A DNA stretch of 64,000 bases from Chitinophagales bacterium (GTDB lineage: Bacteria; Bacteroidota; Bacteroidia; Chitinophagales; JADIYW01). The notes beneath the pieces are model-generated. The model made no database searches. It was not told the DNA's origin and worked only from the letters and a program-made list of their open reading frames with translations. Both the position numbers and the translations under genes were made by a program. The stretch spans positions 405,391-469,390 of the forward strand of contig JAXLTX010000003.1 in NCBI GenBank assembly GCA_046329775.1, in the 5' to 3' direction. Shown here one piece after another: positions 20,554 to 29,169 of the stretch (its first letter is position 1; each line of letters starts with the position of its first letter).

Positions 20554-21293
20554 ATGAAAAAAATAAAGATACAACTGGGGCGTGTGCAGGAAACGTTATT
20601 GCTGCCGTTGGTTTCGCGTGCTAAAGAAACGGAATACAAAAATCCCCTGCTTAATGACACAAAGGCGGTAAATTATTTAATCAGCTGGATGTTGACCGAA
20701 ACTGCTGCGCAATATCACAGAAATTGGCATTATTATGTTATCTTATAGATGGATGAAGCGATTAAAGAATTTAAAAATCAACGGAAAAATTGATATCGGA
20801 GCCGGGCTGATACCACAACCGATGCGATAACGGTACAGCCTTATGGTATGACTTAGACTTGCCGGATTCCATTGCCTTGCACACAATTTGCCGCCGCCAA
20901 AAACCGTGTAAAATATATTGCAAATCGATGCTGGATTATTCCTGGATAGACGAAATCGGGACATCAGTCAGGGTTTGTTTATTACGGTTCCTGGCGTATT
21001 GCCTTACTTTAGGGAGGAAGATGTAAGGGATTTTTAAGCACCCTCGCACAGGTTTGAGGTGCCGAAATCATGTTTGATGTCATTTCACAGTTCGATTGTG
21101 GATATGCATCAAGAGCGGCATGAAAGAGGCGCATCTGGAGGCATTCTGGACCCGAAAACGGTAACGACTGAGCAACACATCGAACTACGATAAAGTCTTC
21201 GAAGATATGCCGAAATCCAACCAACGTTTTACAAAGTTGCCATGCAGTTCAACAAGATTTGACATGACACAATTGTTTCACTCGTTTGTATAA
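20554..21293 (+). pseudogene. Frameshifted copy of the SAM-dependent methyltransferase (copy B)
   Basis: The first ~39 codons (MKKIKIQLGRVQETLLLPLVSRAKETEYKNPLLNDTKAV) are intact. After that the frame is lost through deletions relative to 17764-18582. Confidence 0.85.
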
Positions 21294-21557
21294 AAAAAGA
21301 GCCCTACAGAACATCGGCTCTTGATATCTGATGATCTTATTCTTTAGGCTTTAGCTTCCCGTTCGGGAGGACTTTTTCGAACGTCTCTTGTCCCAGTTCT
21401 GAGTAAAGTTCACCCTGAATCCCACATTGAAATACAAGGTGGAAGCATTATACTTTACCGCAGGTTCTCCGTCGTGATATCAATTTTTGCGTCAATCCTG
21501 TTGAATAACGCAAGGTATTGGATTCCTCCGTCAGTTCTTTCTTATACACAAAATGTT

Positions 21558-22487
21558 TCAGATACTCCGGTTTGCACTTGCCACATTCAATGGCAGAGGA
21601 GTCAGTGCGGAAATAATAGGCAGAAACGGGGATTCCGTCTTCAGAGAGAATTCTGTAAAATTTGTTTCTTTAGGTGCGATGGTAAACGCCTGCACACGCA
21701 TTTCCGCAAACGCCCATACATTTTTAAACAATCTTACATCAAATGCAATAGAGGCACTGACGCCAATCGTAGGATTTAATTTTGATTTTGCCGTAGCCGT
21801 ATATTCAGAAGAGAAATCCGTCAGTATGGTAAGAGGTATAACAGGAAGGCCGGCCAGTGTTTCCACCAGTCTTCCGGAATGGTCTATGATTTTTGCTTTT
21901 GTAACAGGTGTTCCGCCAATAGGCATACACAATCCAGCTTTTCCCGTTACTCCGAAACGTTTACCGTTGTCCCAATGCATGACTAAGTGCGGATTGATAT
22001 ATATGGCCGGCTGGATCTTAGTATATTCTTCCGCATAGTAAGATGCTTTTTTCCCTCCGCCCAGATCGACATCTGTGTTGATTCTTGCATCTAACTGATT
22101 CGGGTGAATGGCTATCGTATGCAGAATATCAATACCGATAAACTTATTAAACATGTGTCCCCATCCCAAGCTGGCTTGCCAGCCGCCGCCCAGTGTTCCG
22201 TAAATCGGCTTTACACTCAATGCTGTAGGACTCTGGAACCAGTCTTTATTGCCTACTTCCTTAAATGGAGAAAATTTATTGGTACTCAGAAAAGGAATTC
22301 CATAGCCAGCGGAACCATATATAAACCAGCCCTTCCCTTCAGGGCGTGTCACTTTGCTTCGAATATTCAGTTTACTTTCTGTAGTGGCTGAATTTGTGAC
22401 GGCAGTTGAATTCTTCGCTTTCTTCTGAGCAAATCCGGAAGCTGCAAAGAATACCACTGCAACCCAAAGGATGGCGTGTTTCTTCAT
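21558..22487 (-). CDS. Outer-membrane beta-barrel protein, probably C-terminally frameshifted (the ancestral stop corresponds to about 21337)
   Basis: This is a 309-aa ORF with a signal peptide. It is a paralog of the gene at 22553-23755. The region 21337-21573 has deletions relative to the copy at 18648-18920. Confidence 0.6.
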   Translation of the reverse strand: MKKHAILWVAVVFFAASGFAQKKAKNSTAVTNSATTESKLNIRSKVTRPEGKGWFIYGSAGYGIPFLSTNKFSPFKEVGNKDWFQSPTALSVKPIYGTLGGGWQASLGWGHMFNKFIGIDILHTIAIHPNQLDARINTDVDLGGGKKASYYAEEYTKIQPAIYINPHLVMHWDNGKRFGVTGKAGLCMPIGGTPVTKAKIIDHSGRLVETLAGLPVIPLTILTDFSSEYTATAKSKLNPTIGVSASIAFDVRLFKNVWAFAEMRVQAFTIAPKETNFTEFSLKTESPFLPIISALTPLPLNVASANRSI

Positions 22488-22552
22488 TGGTTGGTTATTT
22501 ATTATTTACAAAATTTATATCACCAAACACTCCGGCATCACTTAAAACCCAT

Positions 22553-23755
22553 TTATTTTCTGGATTTCTGTGATTTACGGGAAGCTTGTTTTGATTCAAG
22601 TTTCTTCGTCCACATGTCAAAATCTATTCTTAAACCTGCGTTGAAATATAAGGTTGACGCGTTGAATTTTTGTCCCGGCTCATCCATTGGTTTGTCTTTG
22701 TCAATGGTAGGAATTCCGGTTTGTCCTGTGAGTGTTCTCACCAAACCACCGATACCATCTTCCGTGAAAAGGCTCTTGGTACCATAACGGGCGGTATTGG
22801 ATTCTTGCGTAATCTCACTTCTGTAAACGTAATGTTTTAAGTATTCCGGTGCTTCATCCACATTGGCTACGTTAGACGGAATAGCCAGTAAGCCTTCCGG
22901 GGCATCCAGTTTTATACCCAATACGTTGATTTTAGAAGTTTGCTTAAATTCATCGAAGATGGTTTCTTTGAGTGTAATGGTATATGCCTGTACGCGAACC
23001 TCTGAGAAGAACGTAACTCGTTTGCTGAGCTTGACATCAAAACCAATGGAGGCACTAACACCAACCGTTGGTTTATAAGAAGTGTGCGCTTTACCAACGA
23101 TTTCAATTTCTAAACCTAAGAGATTCGGGATATTCAACGGCAATATCGGCAAACCTGCCAGTGTTTCGATAATTCTACCCTGTTTGTCCAGGATATATGC
23201 TCTGGTGGAAGTATTACCGAACACAGGCAATACTAAACCCACTTTACCGGTCACGCCAAAACGTTTACCGTTATCCCAGCGCATAATCAGATGCGGGGAG
23301 ATATAAATACCGAATGTTCCGGTTTTTTGCGTAGCGTAGTATGTATCTAAGTCTATACGGGCATTCAATTGTTCAGGATGCCACGCCAGAGTGTGTGTTA
23401 CATCAATACCGATATGCTTGTTGAACATGTGTCCCCAGCCGAAGTTGAATGCAAAACCACCGCCATTGGTGCCAAACAAAGGCTTTACACTTAATTCTTT
23501 TCCATGCTGATACCAATCCTTATCTCCGATTTCTTTCAATGGAGATCTCTTGTTGGTAGAAAGGAACGGCATACCGTATCCTCCGCTTACTGAAATATAC
23601 CAATCCTTACCTAATGGTCTTATCACATTCTTTCTGATACGTAACTTTAATGGCTCTTTTTCTGTCGTCTGCGTTGCTCCTATGGTTGAATTTCCCTGTG
23701 CAAAAATGCTGACAGTGGAAAGTGCAAATAGTGCTGTAATGAACAATCTTTTCAT
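22553..23755 (-). CDS. Outer-membrane beta-barrel protein (paralog of 21558-22487)
   Basis: The ORF spans 22553-23788, with a likely start at MKRLFITALF (ATG at 23755) followed by a signal peptide. Blocks shared with the neighbour are GYGxPFLSTNK, WGHMFNK, WDNGKRFGVTGK and ETLAGLPxxPL. Confidence 0.7.
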   Translation of the reverse strand: MKRLFITALFALSTVSIFAQGNSTIGATQTTEKEPLKLRIRKNVIRPLGKDWYISVSGGYGMPFLSTNKRSPLKEIGDKDWYQHGKELSVKPLFGTNGGGFAFNFGWGHMFNKHIGIDVTHTLAWHPEQLNARIDLDTYYATQKTGTFGIYISPHLIMRWDNGKRFGVTGKVGLVLPVFGNTSTRAYILDKQGRIIETLAGLPILPLNIPNLLGLEIEIVGKAHTSYKPTVGVSASIGFDVKLSKRVTFFSEVRVQAYTITLKETIFDEFKQTSKINVLGIKLDAPEGLLAIPSNVANVDEAPEYLKHYVYRSEITQESNTARYGTKSLFTEDGIGGLVRTLTGQTGIPTIDKDKPMDEPGQKFNASTLYFNAGLRIDFDMWTKKLESKQASRKSQKSRK

Positions 23756-23909
23756 GATTCCTGATATTTTATAATTCAATGCTTGCATTCTATCAACTGA
23801 TTTGCATCACATTCAGTTGTCTTATTTATAATAATGCGTTAATAATGGCGTAATATTACAAAAATCCACTCTAAATAAAAAATTAAGTGTGGCTTTTTTA
23901 TGGAAGAAA

Positions 23910-25235
23910 CTAGGCTCCAATCATACTACCACCACAAACACGTACACATTCTCCGTTAATTCCATCTGATAATGGTGATGCAAGGAAGCCGATAAGTTCC
24001 GCGACATCTTCCGGCAAGCCCCCCTGCTTCAGTGTCGACAGTCGTCTTCCTCCTTCTTTTACGAAGAAGGGCAGATTTTCAGTCATCTTGGTTTCTATGA
24101 AGCCCGGTGCGACGGCATTGGCAAAAATCTTATTATTGCCTGATGCGACGGCTTTGGTGAATCCAATCACCCCCGCTTTGGTAAGCGAGTAATTGGTTTG
24201 CCCAACATTGCCGGCAATACCGGAGATGGAAGAAAGGCTCACCACCTTTGCATGTTCGTTAAACCCTTTGCGAATAAAGGTTTCCGTAAGGTTGATGACC
24301 GCCTTCAGGTTCACATTCAGCACGCCGCGCCATTGGTCTATATTCATTTTAGCGATGGTCTTATCACGCGTAATCCCCGCATTATTGACGAGTATATCCA
24401 GTCCTTTGTAATTGTTTATTACATACCGCTGTATATCTTCCGTGGCTTTTGCATCTGTGATATCTTCGAGTAAGACGTCCGCACCGATTTCCTGCGCCAG
24501 TTTCTGCGCATCCTCTTTTGAAGAAGGTACATCAATAATGATCACCTTCGCTCCTTCGCGTGCCAGCACTCTGGCGGCAGCGGCACCGATACCGCGCGCA
24601 CCACCCGTGACAATGGCTGTCTTATCCTGCAGCAGTTTTGCCGGAGAAGGGAATGAAGTACCATATGCGTTACCCAACTCCACCACTTGCCCGGTGATGA
24701 ATGAGGATTTATCGCTCAGAAAAAAGAAAGCCGCATTGGCTACAGCCGTCACGCTTACCTGTGTGTTCGTGATTTTCAGCAGGTTGACAGTCACCCCTTT
24801 TTTTCCTCCGATTTCTTTGGACAATGCACGGGAAAATCCATCCACAGACTTTTGCACGGCATACGACAATGCCGTATTGTCATCCGATCTTGTTACCATC
24901 ACCACTCTTCCGTTGGCAGCAATTTTTGCAACCGTATTCTTGACGGTGGTATACAGGTCTTCCAAATCTTCAATGGTTTGCATGCCGACACAGCTCACCA
25001 CCAGTCCGTCTATTTTCTCGTCATAGATGGTTGCTGCATTTATCAGAGGCTGAAAAGCATGCTGCAGCTCATGCAGGAATTCATTTTCCTTTCCGGCAAC
25101 AGCCACCTTTTTACCGCTCAGTTCGTCGTCCGTATAGGCGCCTAGGTTGCGCTTCAGCAGCGGTGGCACCGGCACCGGAATGTTTAAGGTTTTCAACAAG
25201 GTGCGCAACGTGGAGTTTTGTAAGTAATCGTTCAT
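23910..25235 (-). CDS. Two-domain (high-molecular-weight, FabG4-like) 3-oxoacyl reductase of the SDR family
   Basis: This is a 441-aa ORF. The C-terminal classical SDR domain carries TGGARGIGAA, NNAG and YSLTKAG. It is preceded by a ~190-aa flavodoxin-like or pseudo-SDR N-domain. Confidence 0.8.
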   Translation of the reverse strand: MNDYLQNSTLRTLLKTLNIPVPVPPLLKRNLGAYTDDELSGKKVAVAGKENEFLHELQHAFQPLINAATIYDEKIDGLVVSCVGMQTIEDLEDLYTTVKNTVAKIAANGRVVMVTRSDDNTALSYAVQKSVDGFSRALSKEIGGKKGVTVNLLKITNTQVSVTAVANAAFFFLSDKSSFITGQVVELGNAYGTSFPSPAKLLQDKTAIVTGGARGIGAAAARVLAREGAKVIIIDVPSSKEDAQKLAQEIGADVLLEDITDAKATEDIQRYVINNYKGLDILVNNAGITRDKTIAKMNIDQWRGVLNVNLKAVINLTETFIRKGFNEHAKVVSLSSISGIAGNVGQTNYSLTKAGVIGFTKAVASGNNKIFANAVAPGFIETKMTENLPFFVKEGGRRLSTLKQGGLPEDVAELIGFLASPLSDGINGECVRVCGGSMIGA

Positions 25236-25259
25236 GGTAGTAGAATATTGATGTAAGAT

Positions 25260-25841
25260 TTAAATTAATTTTTGTTTCCGTTGTCTGAACAGGTGAAGAT
25301 ATAATTTCGGGAAATAGTACACATAAATCAGTGCAACGGCTATCATCAGCATTTTTACCGCAAAGATATCATTGTATCTGAAAACAACGAACAAGATATA
25401 GAATTCGCAGATGACACCGACCGGATAGCAGCAGATGAAAACCGAATAACGCAACCAGGTCAGCATCTTGTTTTCCTTTTGCAATAAACGCATCACGTAA
25501 TAGGCATATCGGGCAATCTCTGCCATGCACCATGCCACCAGCATGATGTATATGACTTCATACAGAAACGGTATCTTCCTGAAGATGCTGATAAAAATGA
25601 GCAAGAAGGAAAAAAACAGGATAAGCAGTCTGGCAGCTATCTGAATGAAACAAAACAAGGGTGATGAATTGTTCCACTTCTTATATGCCTGAAACACCTC
25701 TGAAAGCGATAGGACCTGAACGACAACGATGGTATAAAAGGAAACCAAAAAGTTGAACGGAAGCGCCATAAACGCCACCAGCCAGCCCGTCAATTGCACC
25801 AAATTGTAGGCTTTCAAATATTTTTCAATGCGTGCATTCAT
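25260..25841 (-). CDS. PTPLA/HACD/Phs1-family membrane 3-hydroxyacyl-CoA dehydratase homolog
   Basis: This is a 193-aa polytopic membrane ORF. It has YLKAYNLVQLTGW, VAWCMAEIARYAYY, LRYSVFICCYPVGVICE (matching the Phs1 catalytic Tyr/Glu block RYNLFWILYPTGVASE) and a C-terminal HLFRQRKQK. Confidence 0.75.
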   Translation of the reverse strand: MNARIEKYLKAYNLVQLTGWLVAFMALPFNFLVSFYTIVVVQVLSLSEVFQAYKKWNNSSPLFCFIQIAARLLILFFSFLLIFISIFRKIPFLYEVIYIMLVAWCMAEIARYAYYVMRLLQKENKMLTWLRYSVFICCYPVGVICEFYILFVVFRYNDIFAVKMLMIAVALIYVYYFPKLYLHLFRQRKQKLI

Positions 25842-25894
25842 TTTTTTTGGTACTACAAGATACTAAATGCTGTATTATTTTTTACTTTTAGCCT

Positions 25895-26353
25895 ATGGAT
25901 TTATTTCAAGAAGCGGCTGATAAAATGGTGCTCTACCATCTGCGCACCTCCTGGCTGAATATTGTGAAAGTGTTTAACGACAAGGCGCATTTATACAACG
26001 GCACCATATCAATGGCTTTCATACTGATGGCCATATACGAGGAAGACGGTGTTCCGGTTACAAAGATTGCGCCGCGCATCGGTATGGAACCCAACAGTCT
26101 TTCCCGCACCCTGAACAGTCTGGAAGAAAGTGGCGCGATTACCCGCAAACCGGATGAAAACGACCAGCGCAAAGTACTGGTATTCCTCACACCGGAAGGT
26201 AAAAAACTACGTAAAATAGCCTTGAAGACCGTGTTTGATTTAGAAAAGAAAATCACCGAAAAATTAAGCCCGAAGCAACTAAAAGCATTCAGTGAAGTGA
26301 TAGAACAGGTTTCTGTATCATTGGAAGATTTTGGGAAGGAACTGGAGAAATAA
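25895..26353 (+). CDS. MarR family transcriptional regulator
   Basis: This is a 152-aa ORF with a winged-HTH layout (TKIAPRIGMEPNSLSRTLNSLEESGAITR...DQRKVLVFLTPEG). Confidence 0.85.
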   Translation: MDLFQEAADKMVLYHLRTSWLNIVKVFNDKAHLYNGTISMAFILMAIYEEDGVPVTKIAPRIGMEPNSLSRTLNSLEESGAITRKPDENDQRKVLVFLTPEGKKLRKIALKTVFDLEKKITEKLSPKQLKAFSEVIEQVSVSLEDFGKELEK

Positions 26354-26371
26354 AATGAGTTGGAAAACAAT

Positions 26372-26402
26372 AAAAAGCCCTGATTAATTATCAGGGCTTT
26401 TT
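26372..26402. terminator. Bidirectional terminator between the MarR gene and the acyl-CoA dehydrogenase gene
   Basis: The 12-bp stem aaaaagccctga / tcagggcttttt has the loop ttaatta. It is flanked by an A-run and a T-run and sits between convergent genes. Confidence 0.7.
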
Positions 26403-26452
26403 TATTAATTAAGATGTATGGCACTACGCTACACTCGAAATGACCAGTGGTA

Positions 26453-28258
26453 TCAAAACGGATATTGATTCGCTGCAATCACCACATCCGCAATCGCGCG
26501 GCGCGTATCTTTCGGATTGATATCGTAGTTTTTCAATAAGGAATTCACCACGCGTTTCATCGTGAACTTCTCTACGCCTTTCGCATAACTGTCAATCGCA
26601 TTATCGGCTGCTTTTCTAGCGATTTCCAATGCTTCGTACACATACAACTGCGTCATTTTTATTTTCGTTTTCAATTGCTCCTTATCGCTTTCCTTATCCG
26701 CATTTAATTTCTTGATGCGCAATAAAGCCGACTCTGCCATAAACGCCACGGCCATGATGTCCGCCAGATTCATTACAATTTCCTGCTCATCCACCAACTT
26801 GGTCTTCAACTTATTTCCGGCAGCCCCCGTAATAATCATGAATACCGATTTCAGGTTGGAAACAATTTCTTCCTCATCCGCCATAAATCCATTATTGAAC
26901 GGATTGAAATTTTGTGCGATGCCTTTTGGTATGGATTTCATCGCATCATTTATTTTCAGCTCTTTTGTCTGGAACGCACGTTTGTAAAACTCCGCCAGCG
27001 CCAGCATTCGGTTGATTTCATTGGTGCCTTCATAAATTTTTGTGATACGTGCATCACGGTAAGCCATCTCCACACCGGTTTCCATGGAATAACCCATACC
27101 CCCATGAATCTGTATCGCTTCATCCGCTGCCCAGCAAACCGCTTCGGAGCCCTGTACTTTCAGAATCGCACACTCAATCGCATACTCACGCATGGAGTTT
27201 ATCTTTGCATCATTCTCGGATGAGCCATTCGCTAATAATTCTTTGTATTTCTTATCCACTTCCGCTCCTACTCTGTATGCTGCCGATTCATTTACGAATG
27301 CCAGCATCGCCATTTGTCCAATCTTGTATTTCATGGCACCGAATTGTGCAATCGGCTGGTTGAACTGTATTCGCTGGTTGGCATATTCCACCGATTTGGT
27401 TACACCGAACTTGATTCCTCCCACACCACCTGCACAGATCTTGATACGTCCGTTGTTAAGAATATTCAACGCCATATTAAATCCTTTGCCTCGTTCGCCC
27501 AACAGATTCTCTTTTGGAATAGGAACATTATTGAAGAACAACTGAACCGTGGAAGAAGATTTGATACCCATCTTCTTTTCTTCTTTACCGATCTCAATGC
27601 CTCCGAATGCTTTTTCCACGATGAACGCTGACAAACGTTCGTCGTTGTCAATCTTGGCGAAAATGATAAAGATGTCTGCAAAGCCACCGTTGGTAATCCA
27701 CATCTTTTGTCCGTTCAGGATATAGTGTGTTCCGGCTTCATTCAGCACCGCCTGTGATTTGGCAGAGTTGGCATCAGAACCGGAACTTGGTTCTGTCAAT
27801 GCATATGAACATGCGTATTCACCGGTTGCGATTTTAGGCAGGTATTTTTCTTTCTGTTCGTGTGTTCCGTAAAATACAATCGGTAAGGAACCGATGGAGA
27901 CCTGTGCCCCAACGGTGGTGGCAAATGACAATCCTAATGCCAGCGCCTCGGTGAACAATAAGCCGGTATTGAAATCCAGGCCCATGCCGCCGTATTCTTC
28001 CGGAATGGAAACGCCAAACAATCCCAACTCTCCTGCTTTTTTAAACAATTCAATCACGAGGTCTCTGTCTTTTTCTGCATCCATTAACGCTACACGTTCT
28101 ATACCAAGTCCGTGTAATTCTTTCATACAGAAATCGTGAACGGTCTGCCAGATCATTTTCTGTTCTTCCGTAAATTCTTCCGGAATAAAGACGTCTTTTA
28201 TATCTGTTTCTGAAAACAAGAAGTTTCCACCGATTAATTTGCTTTTTGTGGTTGCCAT
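26453..28258 (-). CDS. Long-form acyl-CoA dehydrogenase (FadE5/VLCAD-like, with an extra C-terminal helical domain)
   Basis: This is a 601-aa ORF. ACAD motifs include YALTEPSSGSDA, KMWITNG and QIHGGMGY, followed by a ~180-aa C-terminal extension. Confidence 0.85.
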   Translation of the reverse strand: MATTKSKLIGGNFLFSETDIKDVFIPEEFTEEQKMIWQTVHDFCMKELHGLGIERVALMDAEKDRDLVIELFKKAGELGLFGVSIPEEYGGMGLDFNTGLLFTEALALGLSFATTVGAQVSIGSLPIVFYGTHEQKEKYLPKIATGEYACSYALTEPSSGSDANSAKSQAVLNEAGTHYILNGQKMWITNGGFADIFIIFAKIDNDERLSAFIVEKAFGGIEIGKEEKKMGIKSSSTVQLFFNNVPIPKENLLGERGKGFNMALNILNNGRIKICAGGVGGIKFGVTKSVEYANQRIQFNQPIAQFGAMKYKIGQMAMLAFVNESAAYRVGAEVDKKYKELLANGSSENDAKINSMREYAIECAILKVQGSEAVCWAADEAIQIHGGMGYSMETGVEMAYRDARITKIYEGTNEINRMLALAEFYKRAFQTKELKINDAMKSIPKGIAQNFNPFNNGFMADEEEIVSNLKSVFMIITGAAGNKLKTKLVDEQEIVMNLADIMAVAFMAESALLRIKKLNADKESDKEQLKTKIKMTQLYVYEALEIARKAADNAIDSYAKGVEKFTMKRVVNSLLKNYDINPKDTRRAIADVVIAANQYPF

Positions 28259-28505
28259 GGCTTTGAATTTAATTTGAACTAAAGTTAGGTTAAATAATCC
28301 AATGCATGCATTGGATTAATAATTATTTAACGATGTTTTAGAATTACTTATACTTTGTTAAGTGAAACACTGTGTAAATGCATTGACTTTTACATAACAA
28401 ACACAAAAACAATTAATTATGATGTTAAATTTCTTTTTAACAAGTTTTTAACCGCTATCTGAAGGGAAAAATTTGGCTCACTACAAATCGGTATGTATTT
28501 TTACA

Positions 28506-29045
28506 ATGATGAAAAAAGCGATTCTACTACTTTTACTCGTTACCACCTTGTTCAGCAACCATACTTATGCAAGCGGAGGTTTCTGTACCGTGTTGGAAAA
28601 GATTTGTCAGCAGAAACAGATTGACGCAGATGCATTTTCCGATTTTTTCCAAAAAATGGGCGTAAACATCTACAAGGCGACTGACTTGGGCATGTATGCC
28701 AATGTCTTTAAATGGTTGTATACTCCTTATCGTTATGGCGGAAAGGGCGAGAAAGGCATCGACTGCTCCAATTATGTATTCAAACTGATGAACGAATGCT
28801 CCGATTCTTATGCCACTTCTAAGCAATTGGCTGACATGACAGAATATGTGGACAGAGAAGAGTTGAAAGAAGGTGATTTGATTTTCTTTAATGTGAAGGG
28901 TTACGGCATTTCTCACGTAGGTGTTTATTTACAGAATGGAAAATTCACGCATTCATGTTCTTCTAAAGGCGTTACCGTAAGTTCTTTAGATGAATCTTAT
29001 TGGAATGCACGTTACTGCAGAGCCGGCAGAATAATTGGCAAATAA
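28506..29045 (+). CDS. NlpC/P60 (C40) family peptidoglycan peptidase
   Basis: A signal peptide begins at MMKKAILLL. The catalytic Cys context is GIDCSNYV and the His context is ISHVGVYL. Confidence 0.8.
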   Translation: MMKKAILLLLLVTTLFSNHTYASGGFCTVLEKICQQKQIDADAFSDFFQKMGVNIYKATDLGMYANVFKWLYTPYRYGGKGEKGIDCSNYVFKLMNECSDSYATSKQLADMTEYVDREELKEGDLIFFNVKGYGISHVGVYLQNGKFTHSCSSKGVTVSSLDESYWNARYCRAGRIIGK

Positions 29046-29169
29046 GATAATCTTACCAGATACAGATATACAGTTCTCCATTTGGAGGACTTTTTTGTTT
29101 AATTAAACATAACACATCTTTCTAATATTCCAGTTTGCAATTCAATATTTTTGTACAAACATTGAATGT

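Larger units (their letters stand above)
16424..21917. repeat. Tandem segmental duplication: copy A at 16424-19256 and degraded copy B at 19258-21917
   Basis: Direct alignment by eye places the junction at ...ttccgcc|t|agtatgaatacgatgg.... Copy B is about 173 nt shorter because of many 1-10 nt deletions. The stretches 20234-20479 and 21574-21917 are identical to copy A. Confidence 0.9.

Noticed and set aside
19258-21917. Possible diversity-generating retroelement (template/variable repeat pair) or CRISPR-like repeat.
   Set aside because: Differences between the copies are mainly deletions, not adenine-specific substitutions. No reverse transcriptase is nearby. The repeat unit is about 2.8 kb, not a short repeat-spacer array.
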